From Takakia lepidozioides (lineage: Eukaryota; Plantae; Bryophyta): DNA of 64,000 nucleotides. The stretch covers positions 17,856,001 to 17,920,000 of the forward strand of contig CM060734.1 of the NCBI GenBank assembly GCA_030704615.1, read 5' to 3'. Below the pieces are notes generated by a model, which saw only the letters and a list, made by a program, of their open reading frames with translations, searched no databases and was not told the DNA's origin. Made by a program: the position numbers and the translations under genes. Shown here piece after piece: positions 50,210-61,857 of the stretch; the stretch's first letter is position 1; every line of letters starts with the position of its first letter.

Positions 50210-53200
50210 GGCTTCACCCCTTCGCACATCATTTGCTCATAGGTCTCCAAAGCCTCCATCCCGCGCCCTTGCTGTGCATATCCTGCAATCATCGCACTCC
50301 ACAACAGCACATCTCGTTCAGCCATACTGTTGAACACTCCCTTCATACATGTCCACGAGGGTATTGTTCAGAATGCCATTTGATACAATTGCAAATCTGA
50401 CAATGTCGCCATGGACCTCTTTGCCCTTTTCCAAAGCTGACAGGCTTGCACACACATTGCAAATGTACACAAACGTGATGTGGTCGGGCTTCACCTCTTC
50501 CCCCATCTTTTGATCATAGGTCTCCAAAGCCTCCATACCACGTCGTTGTTGTGCATACCCTGCAAGCACCGCACTCCACGACACGACACCTCGTTCAGCC
50601 ATGGAAACTCCCTTCCCATCCTTAATGCACCCACATTTGGCATACATGTCCACCAGGGGAGTGTTCAGAATGACATCTGGTACAATTCCAGCTTTGACAA
50701 TGTCACCATGGACCTCTTTCCCTTTTTCCAGAGCTCGCAGGCTTGGACACGCATTGCATCCTGCCAACATTATATTCCACGTGATCAAAGATCGTTGAGG
50801 CATTCTGTTGAACACTTGGTGAACATTAATGATGCTCCCGCACATAACATACATGTTGACAAGGGTGTTGAGTAGAAAAACATTGTGGACTCCCTCTCTT
50901 GATCCTCTTTCAGAAGCTGTGGTCATGGTTGAGGTGCCTGATTTTATCAACTGTGCCGCTGCAGCTGCTGCCTTTAGTTGACCATCTACCCATGCAGGTT
51001 TCTTGTAGCTACTGACCCCCACATGGAATCAAGGTAATCTGGAGCTTGAAGTCCAGCCCTCTTGGATGAATTTGGACCCACACTCTATCCATGCTCATTC
51101 AGGGAAAAATAGGGAAAAACTTTGATAATAGGGAAAAACAGGCTGAAATGTGTTGAAGAAAGTACCTTCATTAGCAGCGTCTTGTTCTATCAAATGCACT
51201 GCTGCCGCTGCTGTTTCTAGTTGACTATGTACCCACGCAGCTTTCTTGTAGCTATTGATCCGCAGGGAATCAGAAGTAATCTTGTGTTTAAAATCGACCT
51301 CTTGGATGAATCGTGTTCCTCGACACCACCTCGTTCAGCCATAGTGTTGAACACTCCCTCCGCATCCTCAATGCTCCCACAATGGCATACATGTCCACAA
51401 GGGTATTGTTCATAATCACATCCGGTACAATTCCAGCTTTGGTGATGCAACCATGCACCTCTTTGCCCTTTTCCATGGCTGCAGGCTTGCACACGCACTG
51501 CAAAGCACACAAACATGATGTGGTCGAGCTTCACCATTTCCCCCATCATCTACTTTCAGGTCTCCAAAGCCCCATCTCGCGCTCCTGCTCTGCACACCCT
51601 GCAAGCATCGCATTCCACGACACCACATCTCATTCAGCCATAGTGTTGAATACTCCCTTGGCATCCTCAATGCTCCCACATTTGGCATATATGGCCACCA
51701 AAGCAATGTTCAGGATGACATCTGGTACAATTACAGATTTGATGATGTCACCAGGGATCTCTTTGCCCTTTTCCAGGGCTGCCAGACGCACTGCAAACGC
51801 ACACAAACGTTATGTGGGCGGTTTCACCCCTTCCCCCATTATTTGCTCATAGGTCTCCAAAGCCTCCATCCCGCACCCCTGCTGTGCATACCCTGCAGAC
51901 ATCACAATCCACGACACCACATCTCGTTCAGCCATAGTGTTCAGAATGACAGGTAATCTGATAGGCATTCACCTTTTTGCATTCACTTTTTTGCCTCGGT
52001 TGTCCCACCATTGACTGGGGTCAGAAAAGTATTCATTCCACAGCTTCTCCTCATCTCTGTTACCTCTTTTAGGATACTTTCATGTTGTCAGTTGGGAGTA
52101 TCATGTCAAAGTCACTCCAAACTATCAAAGATTCACTCAACCAGCTAACTTGCAGAATTCAATATGGATATTTAGGGCCGATTCTGATAAGAGGGAAAAA
52201 CAGGGTGAAATGTGTTGAAGAAGGTGCCTTCATTAGCAACGCTTGATTTTATCAATTGTGCCGCTGCTGCTGCAGCTTCCACTTGACCATCTATCCATGC
52301 AGGTTTTTTGTAGGTAATCATAGGTAATCTGGAAAACGGCTCCTGGCAAATCACCTTCATCTTCCCAAACAATCTTCTCAGCTCAGCATGGATTTCCTTA
52401 ATTCTGGGATGCAACTTGTCATCTACAATGAAGGTGTGCACCTTGTTGCAAACCTCAATGCAGCAGCGACCTGGCTCCTTTTCAACCCCTCTGACCTTCA
52501 TCATTCTTCTCACCTTTACAGTATCAACCCACATGCCAGCTACAGCATAGATGTTTGATAGTAACATAAGTCGCGGCATCCTGTTCATTCCACTTGAGGA
52601 TAGATGTTGCCGCACGTTCAGGTCCACTGCCTCATCCAGTTGTCCCGCACGTCCAAGAAGGTCCACCATGCAGCCAAAGTGCTATACTGCCGGAGTGACA
52701 CCATGATCTTGAATCAGGGAATCGAAGTAGCGTCTTCCTTCATTCAGAAGGCCAGTGTGGCTGCATGCAGAGAGAACACAAACTGCTCCAAGCCGTTCTT
52801 TTGCATTCCTTCAAATAGTTGCAGGACCTCCCTATGACAACCATGCTGTGCATATCCTGCGATCATTGCATTCCACGACACCACATCTCATTCAGCCACA
52901 TTGTCGAACACTCCATTTGCATCCTCCATGCACCCACATTTGGCATACATGTCCACCAGGGCAGTGTGTATGATCACATTTGGTACAATTCCAGCTCTGA
53001 CGATGTCGACATGCACCTCTTTGCCCTTTTCCAGGGCTGCCAGGCTTGCACACGCACTGCAAACGCACACAAACGTGATGTGGTCGGGCTTCACCCCGTC
53101 GCACATCATTTGCTCATAGGTCTCCAAAGCCTCCATCCCACGTCCCTGCTGTGCATACCCTGCAAGCACCGCACTCCACGACACCACACCTCGTTCAACC

Positions 53201-53995
53201 ATAGTGTCGAACACTCCCTTTGACTTTGTAAAAGAAGATAGGTCCCTTTGATGGGGCATGGATTGAAGTGGTTTCGCAGTCCTACTTGTTGTTTCCTCCT
53301 CGCCATGTCCATCTTCTGCTTTGGGGCGGGGTCTAGGGTTGGCAAGGTTTTAGCAACCAGTGTCATGACTCTCTCTCTCCTCCTCTTTGTTCTGCCTAAT
53401 CTGGGTGCAGGGTCTATGGCCACAAGGCTATCATGAGTACTTTCTTCCTCACACACACCTCTCCATGTTCCGCCCCAACTGGGCACAGACTGGGTAAATG
53501 GCCACAATGCAATGGCAAACTTCGTATGAGTACATTTTTCTCTCTCTACTCTTGGCAATAGACTGAAATTGAAATGCAGGTCGGGGAGTGTACCTTTGAA
53601 CAAACAAACAGATGCAGAGATGAGAGGTAGCCTGTCAATGCCCGACGTGCGGGAAGCCTGAAGACTTAACATTTTCTGATACATTTCCGGTGTACACTCC
53701 CATCTGAGAGCGACCCTCTTCACTTACATCAAGAACAGATCCTTGCACGGCAGTTCGCCAAGATGCACCCACATTTTGCAAACATGTCCACCAGGGTATT
53801 GTTTAGAATGACAGCTGGTACAATTCCAGCTCTGAAGATGTCGCCATGGACCTCTTTCCCCTTTTCCAGAGCTGCCAAGGTAGTGTTTAGAATGACATTT
53901 GGTACAATTCCAGCTTTGACGCTATCCCCATGCACCTTTTTGCCCTTCTCTAGGGCTGCTAGGCTTGCACGACGCCACATCTTGTTCAGCCATCT
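50210..53995 (-). pseudogene. Shuffled PLS-PPR and E/E+ domain fragments
   Basis: Multiple frameshifted PLS motifs. E/E+ region at 52172-52669 (MVDLLGRAGQLDEA...LLSNIYA...KEPG..IEV.NKVHTF..DDKLHP). A YKKPAW.DGQ..AAAAA.LI block occurs three times. Confidence 0.9.
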
Positions 53996-54959
53996 TCGCG
54001 GAAGGGAAGGCGAACGCGGGAGAGGAGATAAGAGGAGGAGAGGGAAAAGAGAAAGCCGTGGGAGGGAAGAGGAGAAAGATCGCGGGGAGAGAGAAAAAAA
54101 AAAAACCAAACAAAATGAATTGATCCCGTGGTGCATCGCAGCATAATCGTCGTTCTTACCACTACACTACCCTTGAAAACTCAACAACCCCCTCCTGTAA
54201 TATTATATTTAAGGTGTTTTAAACCCCCCTTTGTATGTATAATGTTGTACATGGGAGGGTTTAAAATACCCCCTCCTGTGCACGCACGTGGCTGGTACAT
54301 TTAATGAGGAGTGCACCCCCCAGGCTCTAATCCCCCTTTCCACGAGGTAACCGGGTAGAGAACCTGTTGCAGCTTATGGTTTGGAATACTAGGTTCATAT
54401 TCTGAACCTGCATCTACACCTGCATCCACCGCCGGCACTCCTATGGTCTGCTGGTCATCAACCCAGCCTCACCATAAGAGAAACAATGATGGTCTGCTGG
54501 TCATTACCCCAGCCTCACCACCGACAGCACGCTCTAGGATTGGCCGGCCACAATATTTCCGGCACAACCACCTATAAAAGCAAGCGCCCAAACCAAACTA
54601 GCATGGCGCACAGTCAAGCATGCATGTGTGGGAGGAGGATCCAAACACAGGAAACTCAAACAACAACACATCCCACAACTTAAATCCATCGATCTCCTTG
54701 CGGCTTCAATAAACCTGCAAGATGGCCTAGTCTCTATCCAAACCAGCTCTGCCTCCGCTTACGGAAAAGCTTTGGCCTACAAGAATGATGGAAGACTATA
54801 GAGAATGGAAGCTAAAGCAATCTCTAAGCCCAGAATGCTCTCATCCCATTATTCCCCCTATCTTCACACTCACTCTTGCTCAAGCAAAAGATAAGACTAT
54901 CCTTAAAGAACCTCTCAAATAACTCTCAAGAACCCTCAAATTATTGCCATGAACTTCTG

Positions 54960-56060
54960 AAATCTGCCCTCAATCAGCCCCTAACATAGACCCACCGAGG
55001 TTCAAGAAGTTCGCAAACTCTAAACAATCCACCAAAAGGGCCTAGGCGCCCGCCAATTAGTGGCCTCCACGGTCTCCAACCAGCCCCCACAATGGCTCCA
55101 CAAGCCTGCCCAATATGGCCTCCAAGAGTCCTCCAAACAGCCCTTAAGAAGCTCCTCAAATCTGCCAAGTATTGGCCTCCAAGGACCTCCAATAGCCCTT
55201 AAGAAGCTCCTCAAATTTGCCAAGTATTTGCCCCCAAGGACCTCCAATAGTCCCCCAAAGAGCTCTTAGAAAACTCCATAAGCCTGCCCAATATGGGCAT
55301 CCAAGGACCTCCAATCGTCCTCCAAACAACCCCAAGCAGGCTCCACAAGCCTGCAAGATATTGGCTTCAATAGACCCCAAATAGTCCTCAAACAGGCCCC
55401 AATACCTGTAAGATATTGGCCTCAATAGATCCCAAATAGTCCTCAAAGCAGGCCCCAGAAGGCTCCAAAAATATCCATAGTCAGTCGATTTTTCATCCAT
55501 CACTGACCAAATTTCATCCCAAACCGCGATTTCTCATCTGCAGGACCGATACTTCATCCGCCGCGATAGTTCATCCGTCGGTGTAATATTTCATCCGCTG
55601 GTGCGGTTTCATCCGTCGCCGTGATTTTTCATCCGATGGCACGATAGTTAATCCGCTGCCACGATTTCATCCGCTGACGCAGTATCATCCGTCGCCGTGA
55701 TTTTTCATTCGATAGCGCAATAGTTCATCCACTGCCATGATTTCATCCGCTGACGCAGTCTCATCCGTCGCCACGATTTTTTATCCGATAGCGCGATAGT
55801 TCATCCGCTGATGAGATTTCATCCTCTGGCGCAGTTTCATTCATTGCAACCGATTCTCATCCAGGAGTGCCGATTTTCATCCACTGGCTCAATAGTTCAT
55901 CCGATTGGACAATGGTGGTGCTCCAAACTCAGGGGCAATGTTCCCATGCGTTCCTATGCGTTCCCACGAGTTCCCAAGGAGTTCCCAAACGTTCTCACGC
56001 GTTCCCTTGAGTTCCCAAAGAGTTCACATACGTTCCCAAGCGTTCCCACGCGTTCCCAAG
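54960..56060. repeat. Degenerate tandem arrays (~56-bp unit, ttcatccg motif array, ttccca motif array)
   Basis: Repeated aagaagctcctcaaat.tgccaagtatt units (~55140-55260), many ttcatcc(g) copies at 55490-55905, and ttccca(a/c)g at 55940-56060. Resembles CACTA subterminal repeats. Confidence 0.75.
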
Positions 56061-56084
56061 TGCACAAAGGGTCAACTGACAAAG

Positions 56085-56696
56085 ATTCTTTGTTGCTTGA
56101 GTGTAGATTACTTGTTGAGCGCACGGAGGTCTCTGAAGGAGGGGAGGGTGCCGTTTCAAAGAATGATAGAACCAATGCTTTAATGAGGGCTAATAGCTCA
56201 GCCAAAATTGAAGCTGCCAAGGTCAAGAAAGAGAGAATAGTTGCAGGTCTTCCTCCCACGGTGATTTTGACGAACCTCAAAGGAGCCCCGTATGGTCAGA
56301 CCCGGAATGTATGGCACGCTGCCCTTAAAGGACAGGCTTATCGCAAGCTAGATTGTTCCCTTGCCATCAACAACCAACCTGATGAAGTTGTATACGAAAT
56401 TAGAGATCACCTGGCTAAGCTATTTTCATATACGCCGCACGAGTTAAAAGACTTCCACCTAAAACAAACAATTGGCAGAATAATGAAGAGCCAGCGTTAT
56501 GAAGCACACACTGCGTGGTTGGGTGGTAAGGGGAAACCCATTACTGTATCTGACGAGGTATGGAACAAGCTTGTAAGTTACTGGCAGACAGAGGTGTTCC
56601 ACAAAGTGTCGGGCAACATGAAGAAGGCAAATGGTGTAATTCTGAATCCTACCAAGACTGGCCGTGGTGGGAAGGCAATGGTGGAAGCACGCTTGG
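56085..56696 (+). CDS. CACTA (En/Spm) TnpA-like protein fragment (Transposase_24-type)
   Basis: IGRIMKSQRYEAH...KPITVSDEVWNKLVSYWQTEVFHKVSGNMKKAN...TKTGRGG motif typical of Ptta/En/Spm ORF2 proteins. GT donor at ~56696. No CACTA termini found. Confidence 0.75.
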
Positions 56697-57616
56697 TAAG
56701 TGGCATCATCACGACTCTGTATTTTGTTCCTCATTGAATTGCTATGTGTATATAGTCAGCCCTCACATTGCTTACTGACTTGTGGCATGGGTTTGTTTGT
56801 GGCATGGATTAATTTGTAGGAAACACTATCAGGGTGCCTTCCTACATTATATGAAATTCAAGAGGGTTCAGTGTCACGGTTGTCAGCTGGGAGTGACAGG
56901 CGGGTAAGTGTGTTTTCCACGTTTGCTAGAGTGGTTGCTGCATCATAGGTTGCTAGGGTTTTTTTCACGGCTTTTGGCCTGGGTTTTCTTTCCAATGGTT
57001 GTTCATGCTAGGTTTTTTGGGTTTGATTCATACTTGGGCAAGTTTTCATGGATTGGCAGGAGGGAAGTCTCGCATATTCTACAATAGTTGGCAGGATGGA
57101 TGGCTTGGACAAACTGGTGGAATCACAAGGACGTGACATGGCAGAATTAAAATTACAGATGCAGAGTATAATTGAGTACCAGAAAGCCATTGTGACGAGA
57201 TTGGGGATTAATCTACCAGGCGCAGGACCAGTGATATCTACGATGGATACGTCTGCTGTGACAGTATCAAAATGTTTGGAATCCCAATTTCAGACGGTAA
57301 CTGGTGCTCACTCTAAGCCCTTATGTCTTCCTGTCACTGATGATCTTTTGAATTTGACCGAGCAGCAGCAGGATACAGGGAAGGCCAGCTGTGAGGTACA
57401 CGTGGAAATTCAGCCCTTGCCACGTACAAAGGCAGTAGCAGTCCAGGGGGCAATGGTGACAGAGCGGCCGGGCACACCGATTCTGGTATGCAGGTATGTG
57501 GGAGTTTAGATGGGGAGGAAGATGCAGACGGGGACAAAACAAACAAGCAGGTTGCTTTAATTTCTCCTGCTCACATGTTGAAGCCAAATGTCAGTTTACT
57601 TCCTGGACCAACGAGG

Positions 57617-58130
57617 AAGCATTTACTAATTCTGGACTTAAATGGTCTGTTGTGAATCTTTTCATTCTGCTAATGGGCCTGCATCCCTTCCCAAAGGTTT
57701 TGTGGGGAAGATGTGTGGCAAGAAGATGGTAGTTTTGAGACCACGCTGTTATGACTTTTTGCAAAAGTGTTTTGAACACTTTGAGGTGGCGGTGTGGTCT
57801 TGTTGCCAAGCTCGCAACTTCTTCCCAATGGTGGACTATATTTTTGCAGCCCACACTAACCTGGTTTTCCAGTGGGATGCCCTTCACTGTGACGAGGATC
57901 CAGTCCTCCCATGCCGTAAGGGGTCTGATTCAAAGCCATTATATTTCAAGCCATTATATTATGAGGACACTGTTCTTGTTGATGACACACCAAGAAAGGC
58001 GGCAAACAATCCTCCCTTCAGTAGGATTTTTCCAGAGCCATGGAAGGTGCAACCAGATTCACCAACTGATGAGTATCTAACAGAGGTGTTGTGGTCTTTC
58101 TTGTGGAAGGCATCGAAAAGCTGCCAGTAT
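57617..58130 (+). pseudogene. FCP1/NIF-type HAD phosphatase-like domain
   Basis: KHLLILDLNGLL* then VLRPRCYDFLQKCFEHFEVAVWSC...FQWD..HC...YFKPL...TVLVDDTPRKA.NNP. Confidence 0.8.
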
Positions 58131-59514
58131 TCCCAAGTTTTTGGAGTCTCAGCCTGTTTTCGGACAATAACCATACAACACTGCTACTGTGAAGGTACAA
58201 ACATTCTGACAGTGCTCCAGAGGCTACATTTTTGTGGGTTCATTCATTGCATTGCTTTCCTGGATGCTTCTCCTCGGTTGCTTGATTAATGCTAGGTTTT
58301 CTTTGCAGCTTTTCATGTTGGTTTTTTTTGTTTGATTCATACTTGGATTTTGTTTCTATTCACTATTCCTGTTTGCTCATTGCTTTCCTGGTTGATCTCT
58401 GGTCTGTGACACAGGAACTTGTGACAAATAAAGGTGATATTGTCGACAAGCCGGTACAGACGAGGGGCAAGAGTGTCAAGCCGGCGAGTAGCCCCCCAAA
58501 AGAGGTCTCACCACCACTAGAGACTGCAAATGGAGTAAGTCCAGGCCGTTGTCTTGTCTGTTATATTTTTTCCAACCTTGGGGCTCTCTTTAACTCGCAA
58601 ATGTTGAGTGTCCTAGTCATGTGTATGTCATGGGTTTTCACATCATGTTCTTATAACAATTTCTAAAGCATCTAGATGTTGATGGAAAGTTGATTTCAAC
58701 CTCTTCAATTTCAGCCCTATGGTATGAGTAACGAACTCCACTATGCGAGGCATCACATCATGGAGGTTAGTGACACCCATGACGTACTTGGCAATTGTTT
58801 TCTTTGCTGTGAAAGACAGCTGCTTGGTCATATACTCGGGGGGAAGAGTGTAAGTTAGACAGGCAGTGTTTGTTACTGGGGGAGCAAGCAAAAGAGGAGC
58901 TGAGGTATATAGCTTTTATGGGGGAGAATGTGGGCATATGTAGTTGTGACATAGCATGGAGTGGGGACAAGGTAGTTCTATCCTATTGAGCTTTCTATGG
59001 CATACCCTCTTCTAGCTATCGCATGCACTCATAGTGTTTCCTTCTTTGGTCATAATGCACCTCTTAGAGCTCCCAATCCAGCCCTGCACTTGTCACTTCC
59101 ATAGACATGCTCTTCCCAAGCTTGGGATTGAAATCCCAACTCAAAGCATGCTCTACAAATACACTATTCTGCCCCAAAAAGAAATCAAACTACCTCCACT
59201 CATAGCTCTCCTAGCTTGAAGTTGAAGACTCCCACAAGCTGAAACCATGTTCCACACATGCACCGCTTGCTTCCTTAACACCCGAGCTCTTCTTGAACTC
59301 CTCAAACACTGCAACACTTGCAGAACAAAAGCTTCTTCACAAGCTCTCAAACTTTTCAATGGGGCTCTCCTTGAATACATAAACACCACAAGGTTTTCTT
59401 CTTGCAAACCCTGCAACATTGTAACTTAAGAGCTATCTACCAAGCTCTCTTCCACACACAAGTGCTAACTATGCTAACACCTTGCACTCATAGATGTAAG
59501 CAGGTCTCTTCTAG

Positions 59515-59862
59515 TGATACTGAAATGGTGAAAAGAGGAGAAACCACTCTATCACGTTATATAAGTCAAGCCAATGGCACCTTTGCTAAAGGACTCCACC
59601 ATACAGACCTCACCCACTCTCCATCTCAAGTAGTAGAGCTATGGCGGAGAGAGAGGCCTCGGGAGGCTCAACTAGAAGAAGACGAGTCTGCCTACGTCTC
59701 ACGTAGAGATAACCTCCCCATGTCCCAAGTGAGGTTCGCCACCTCACTTGGCACATGGAACCAAATGAAGTCCCAATGCCAACAAAATACAAATATAAAT
59801 GTATAATGTCTTAATTAGTTAGAAATAACTATTTCTAACTAATCACAAATAAAACCATGACA
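59515..59862 (-). repeat. 5' LTR segment X (348 bp) of the Gypsy element
   Basis: Same length as, and colinear with, 41242-41589. Lacks the U segment. Confidence 0.92.
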
Positions 59863-59866
59863 AGTT

Positions 59867-60418
59867 TATGGAACACCACTCATAACACTGAAGAGTTGCA
59901 TTATTCATCGGTAACTGCCTTTATCCAAATTTGGGGGAAGAGGGTTATTACGGCCGATTTTCATATTCTCAGACATTTGAAACGTCCAAGATTACGGTTA
60001 ATATTGAGACAGTAAATTTCTAGATGATTATCTAGATAGGGTCAACGAATGGTCAACATATTGGCAGACAATTTGTCAGGATTTTGAGTGGCAATCTGCT
60101 AGTGGCCTGCCCTTTAAGATAAACGTTCTTAAACCTACTGATCCAGCACAGCCCAGTGGATCTCGTTCTGCAAAAAAAACAAAGACATTAAACCATCCAT
60201 TCAACACCGTGTCATACCTTGATGCGAAGAACGCCGTCATCAATGGAACCGACATTAAGTTTGGAGATTTGATCGTAGTGAAATGTCATGTTCGCTACTA
60301 GCGGAATCACTCAAAGAAAATCCACGACATCGTTTTCCATCTTTTGGCAGTCAAACAACTGATGGCAATCGTCACCGGTTCAACGTCCGAAGAATGGCAC
60401 AAAGACATCGTATTTTAA
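59867..60418 (+). pseudogene. 3' half of the interrupted ORF; possible OB-fold ssDNA-binding protein
   Basis: With frameshifts it reads ...GNCLYPNLGEEGYYGRFS...YLDAKNAVINGTDIKFGDLIVVKCHVRY*RNHSKKIHDIVFHLLAVKQL...EEWHKDIVF*. The beta-strand pattern is reminiscent of gp2.5/RPA-like OB folds, judged by eye. Confidence 0.4.
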
Positions 60419-60619
60419 AAACGATCAGTTTTAACTCTTTAGCATCAATAGTGTCTACAAACAAACATTTGATAAAGCCCCTTGTGACATGATATTTTCA
60501 AACAATTTTGTATATTTGTAAATATTTTATAAGTTTTTATTCCCTTACATTCCTTCTCCACCTTTTGGTTGGTTCCCTCCACTTTTGACGCGTCCCTTGT
60601 AGAAGCTTGCTGGTTGAAA

Positions 60620-60796
60620 GACAAAGTATGACGCCTTCCGAAGGAAGCGTAATTTATGGTGTCTCTTCACCCGGAAGGGCTATTGCCTTCCAGCTGAAAG
60701 GTGGACACCTTCATGACACACCAGACCGTGGTTTGAACCCACAACCACATCCAACGTGGTATGTGCCCATTACCACTGGGCTACATGCTGGTTGTC
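60620..60796 (-). mobile_element. tRNA-derived SINE-like element (same family as 2673-2870)
   Basis: The reverse complement gacaaccagcatgtagcccagtggtaatgggcacataccac...gggttcaaaccac aligns with 2673-2850. Confidence 0.65.
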
Positions 60797-61857
60797 GATA
60801 CTTCGTAGTGACGGTCGGCCACTTGATATGACGATAAGATTGCCCTCTACTGTGATCAGTATTCAAATCTCCAGTCCGTTGGATTAGCAACCTCTTCACA
60901 TACCTACTTAGTTGATGGATTTTGTGGAAATGATTAGCATACTATATATATTATGACTGCCGGCATCTACAAGAGCAAAGCCCGACATTTCAAGCAAGAA
61001 TGACAAGGTTCATTCCTGATTCAAGCTTGACAAAGCAAGCAGTGGGGCAGCCTTCATACCAGGTAGACTCAATTTTTTTCCATGCCACATCTTTGATTAC
61101 TTTTGTACTGAGATAGACATGGATGGTCATAATGATCATGTCTAAATTATATTGTAATGAAGTTTCAAGTGTACACTATCTCTGGACAATTTCCAATGTG
61201 TATCGCAAAAGACACCCACCCATTTTCAAAAGCTTTTCAACATGGCATTCCCTGTATGAATTGGGGAGATTGATTACTAGACATGTGCACTGTCCAAGTT
61301 GGAGTACCTTGTCCCTAACTCGTGCTAGATACACACAACACCCTTCTTTTCCAACCAAACACTCCACTTTGGTTAAATTCACACAGAATACAAGGTGATT
61401 GAAGGAGCTTGATCTATTGATCGCAAAGATTAGAAGTTGCACTAGCAACACTGTATTCGTTAAAAGTGGACAATGGCTTGTCCACTTTTATTGTAGGAGA
61501 ATTGAAATGGCGTATCTTCAATAAGAGGTCATAGCCGAATGATGACATGATATTTGTTTGTGTCGACTTTGGCTGAAAGATTTTTTTTTCATTTGCAATG
61601 GAATCGTTGATGATAGTTTTGAGTTTACATCAATACCTTATAACTAAGGTGCGAAGAGTTTTGTCATCACGGGCATGAAACATTGCAAATTTTAAATCTT
61701 TCAATATTTGAGGGTCTTTTATCCATACATCAGACATTTATCTACATGATTATAATATAATATATACATATATTGCAAATATATATTTATGAAAATCATA
61801 AGGGAGAAACATCCATAAAAGTAGATCATAATGCACCCAGGAATTCCCAACCATCTT

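Larger units (their letters stand above)
49251..54324. mobile_element. 5.07-kb Pack-type TIR element with 8-bp TSD carrying PPR/E/DYW fragments, inserted in the Gypsy 5' UTR
   Basis: Termini cctggggggtgcactc (49251) and gagtgcaccccccagg (54324). TSD ctctaatc at 49243-49250 and 54325-54332. Subterminal accccct repeats at both ends. Confidence 0.9.
41156..59862 (-). mobile_element. Ty3/Gypsy LTR retrotransposon encoding a DNMT3-like cytosine methyltransferase and a PHD finger, with nested insertions
   Basis: Domain order Gag-PR-DNMT-RT-RH-INT-PHD. PPT agctaggggggcgat abuts TG at 41676. Termini TGTCA(59862)...CGACA(41156), with TSD agtt at 41152-41155 and 59863-59866. Confidence 0.88.

Noticed and set aside
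55501-55520. cactgaccaaa as a CACTA/CACTG left terminus
   Set aside because: No matching inverted terminus or 3-bp TSD was found downstream.
41156-59862. DIRS/Ngaro/PAT tyrosine-recombinase element suggested by the A...BAB repeat layout
   Set aside because: It encodes a DDE integrase and an aspartic protease, and has a PPT, TG..CA ends and a TSD. No tyrosine recombinase was seen.
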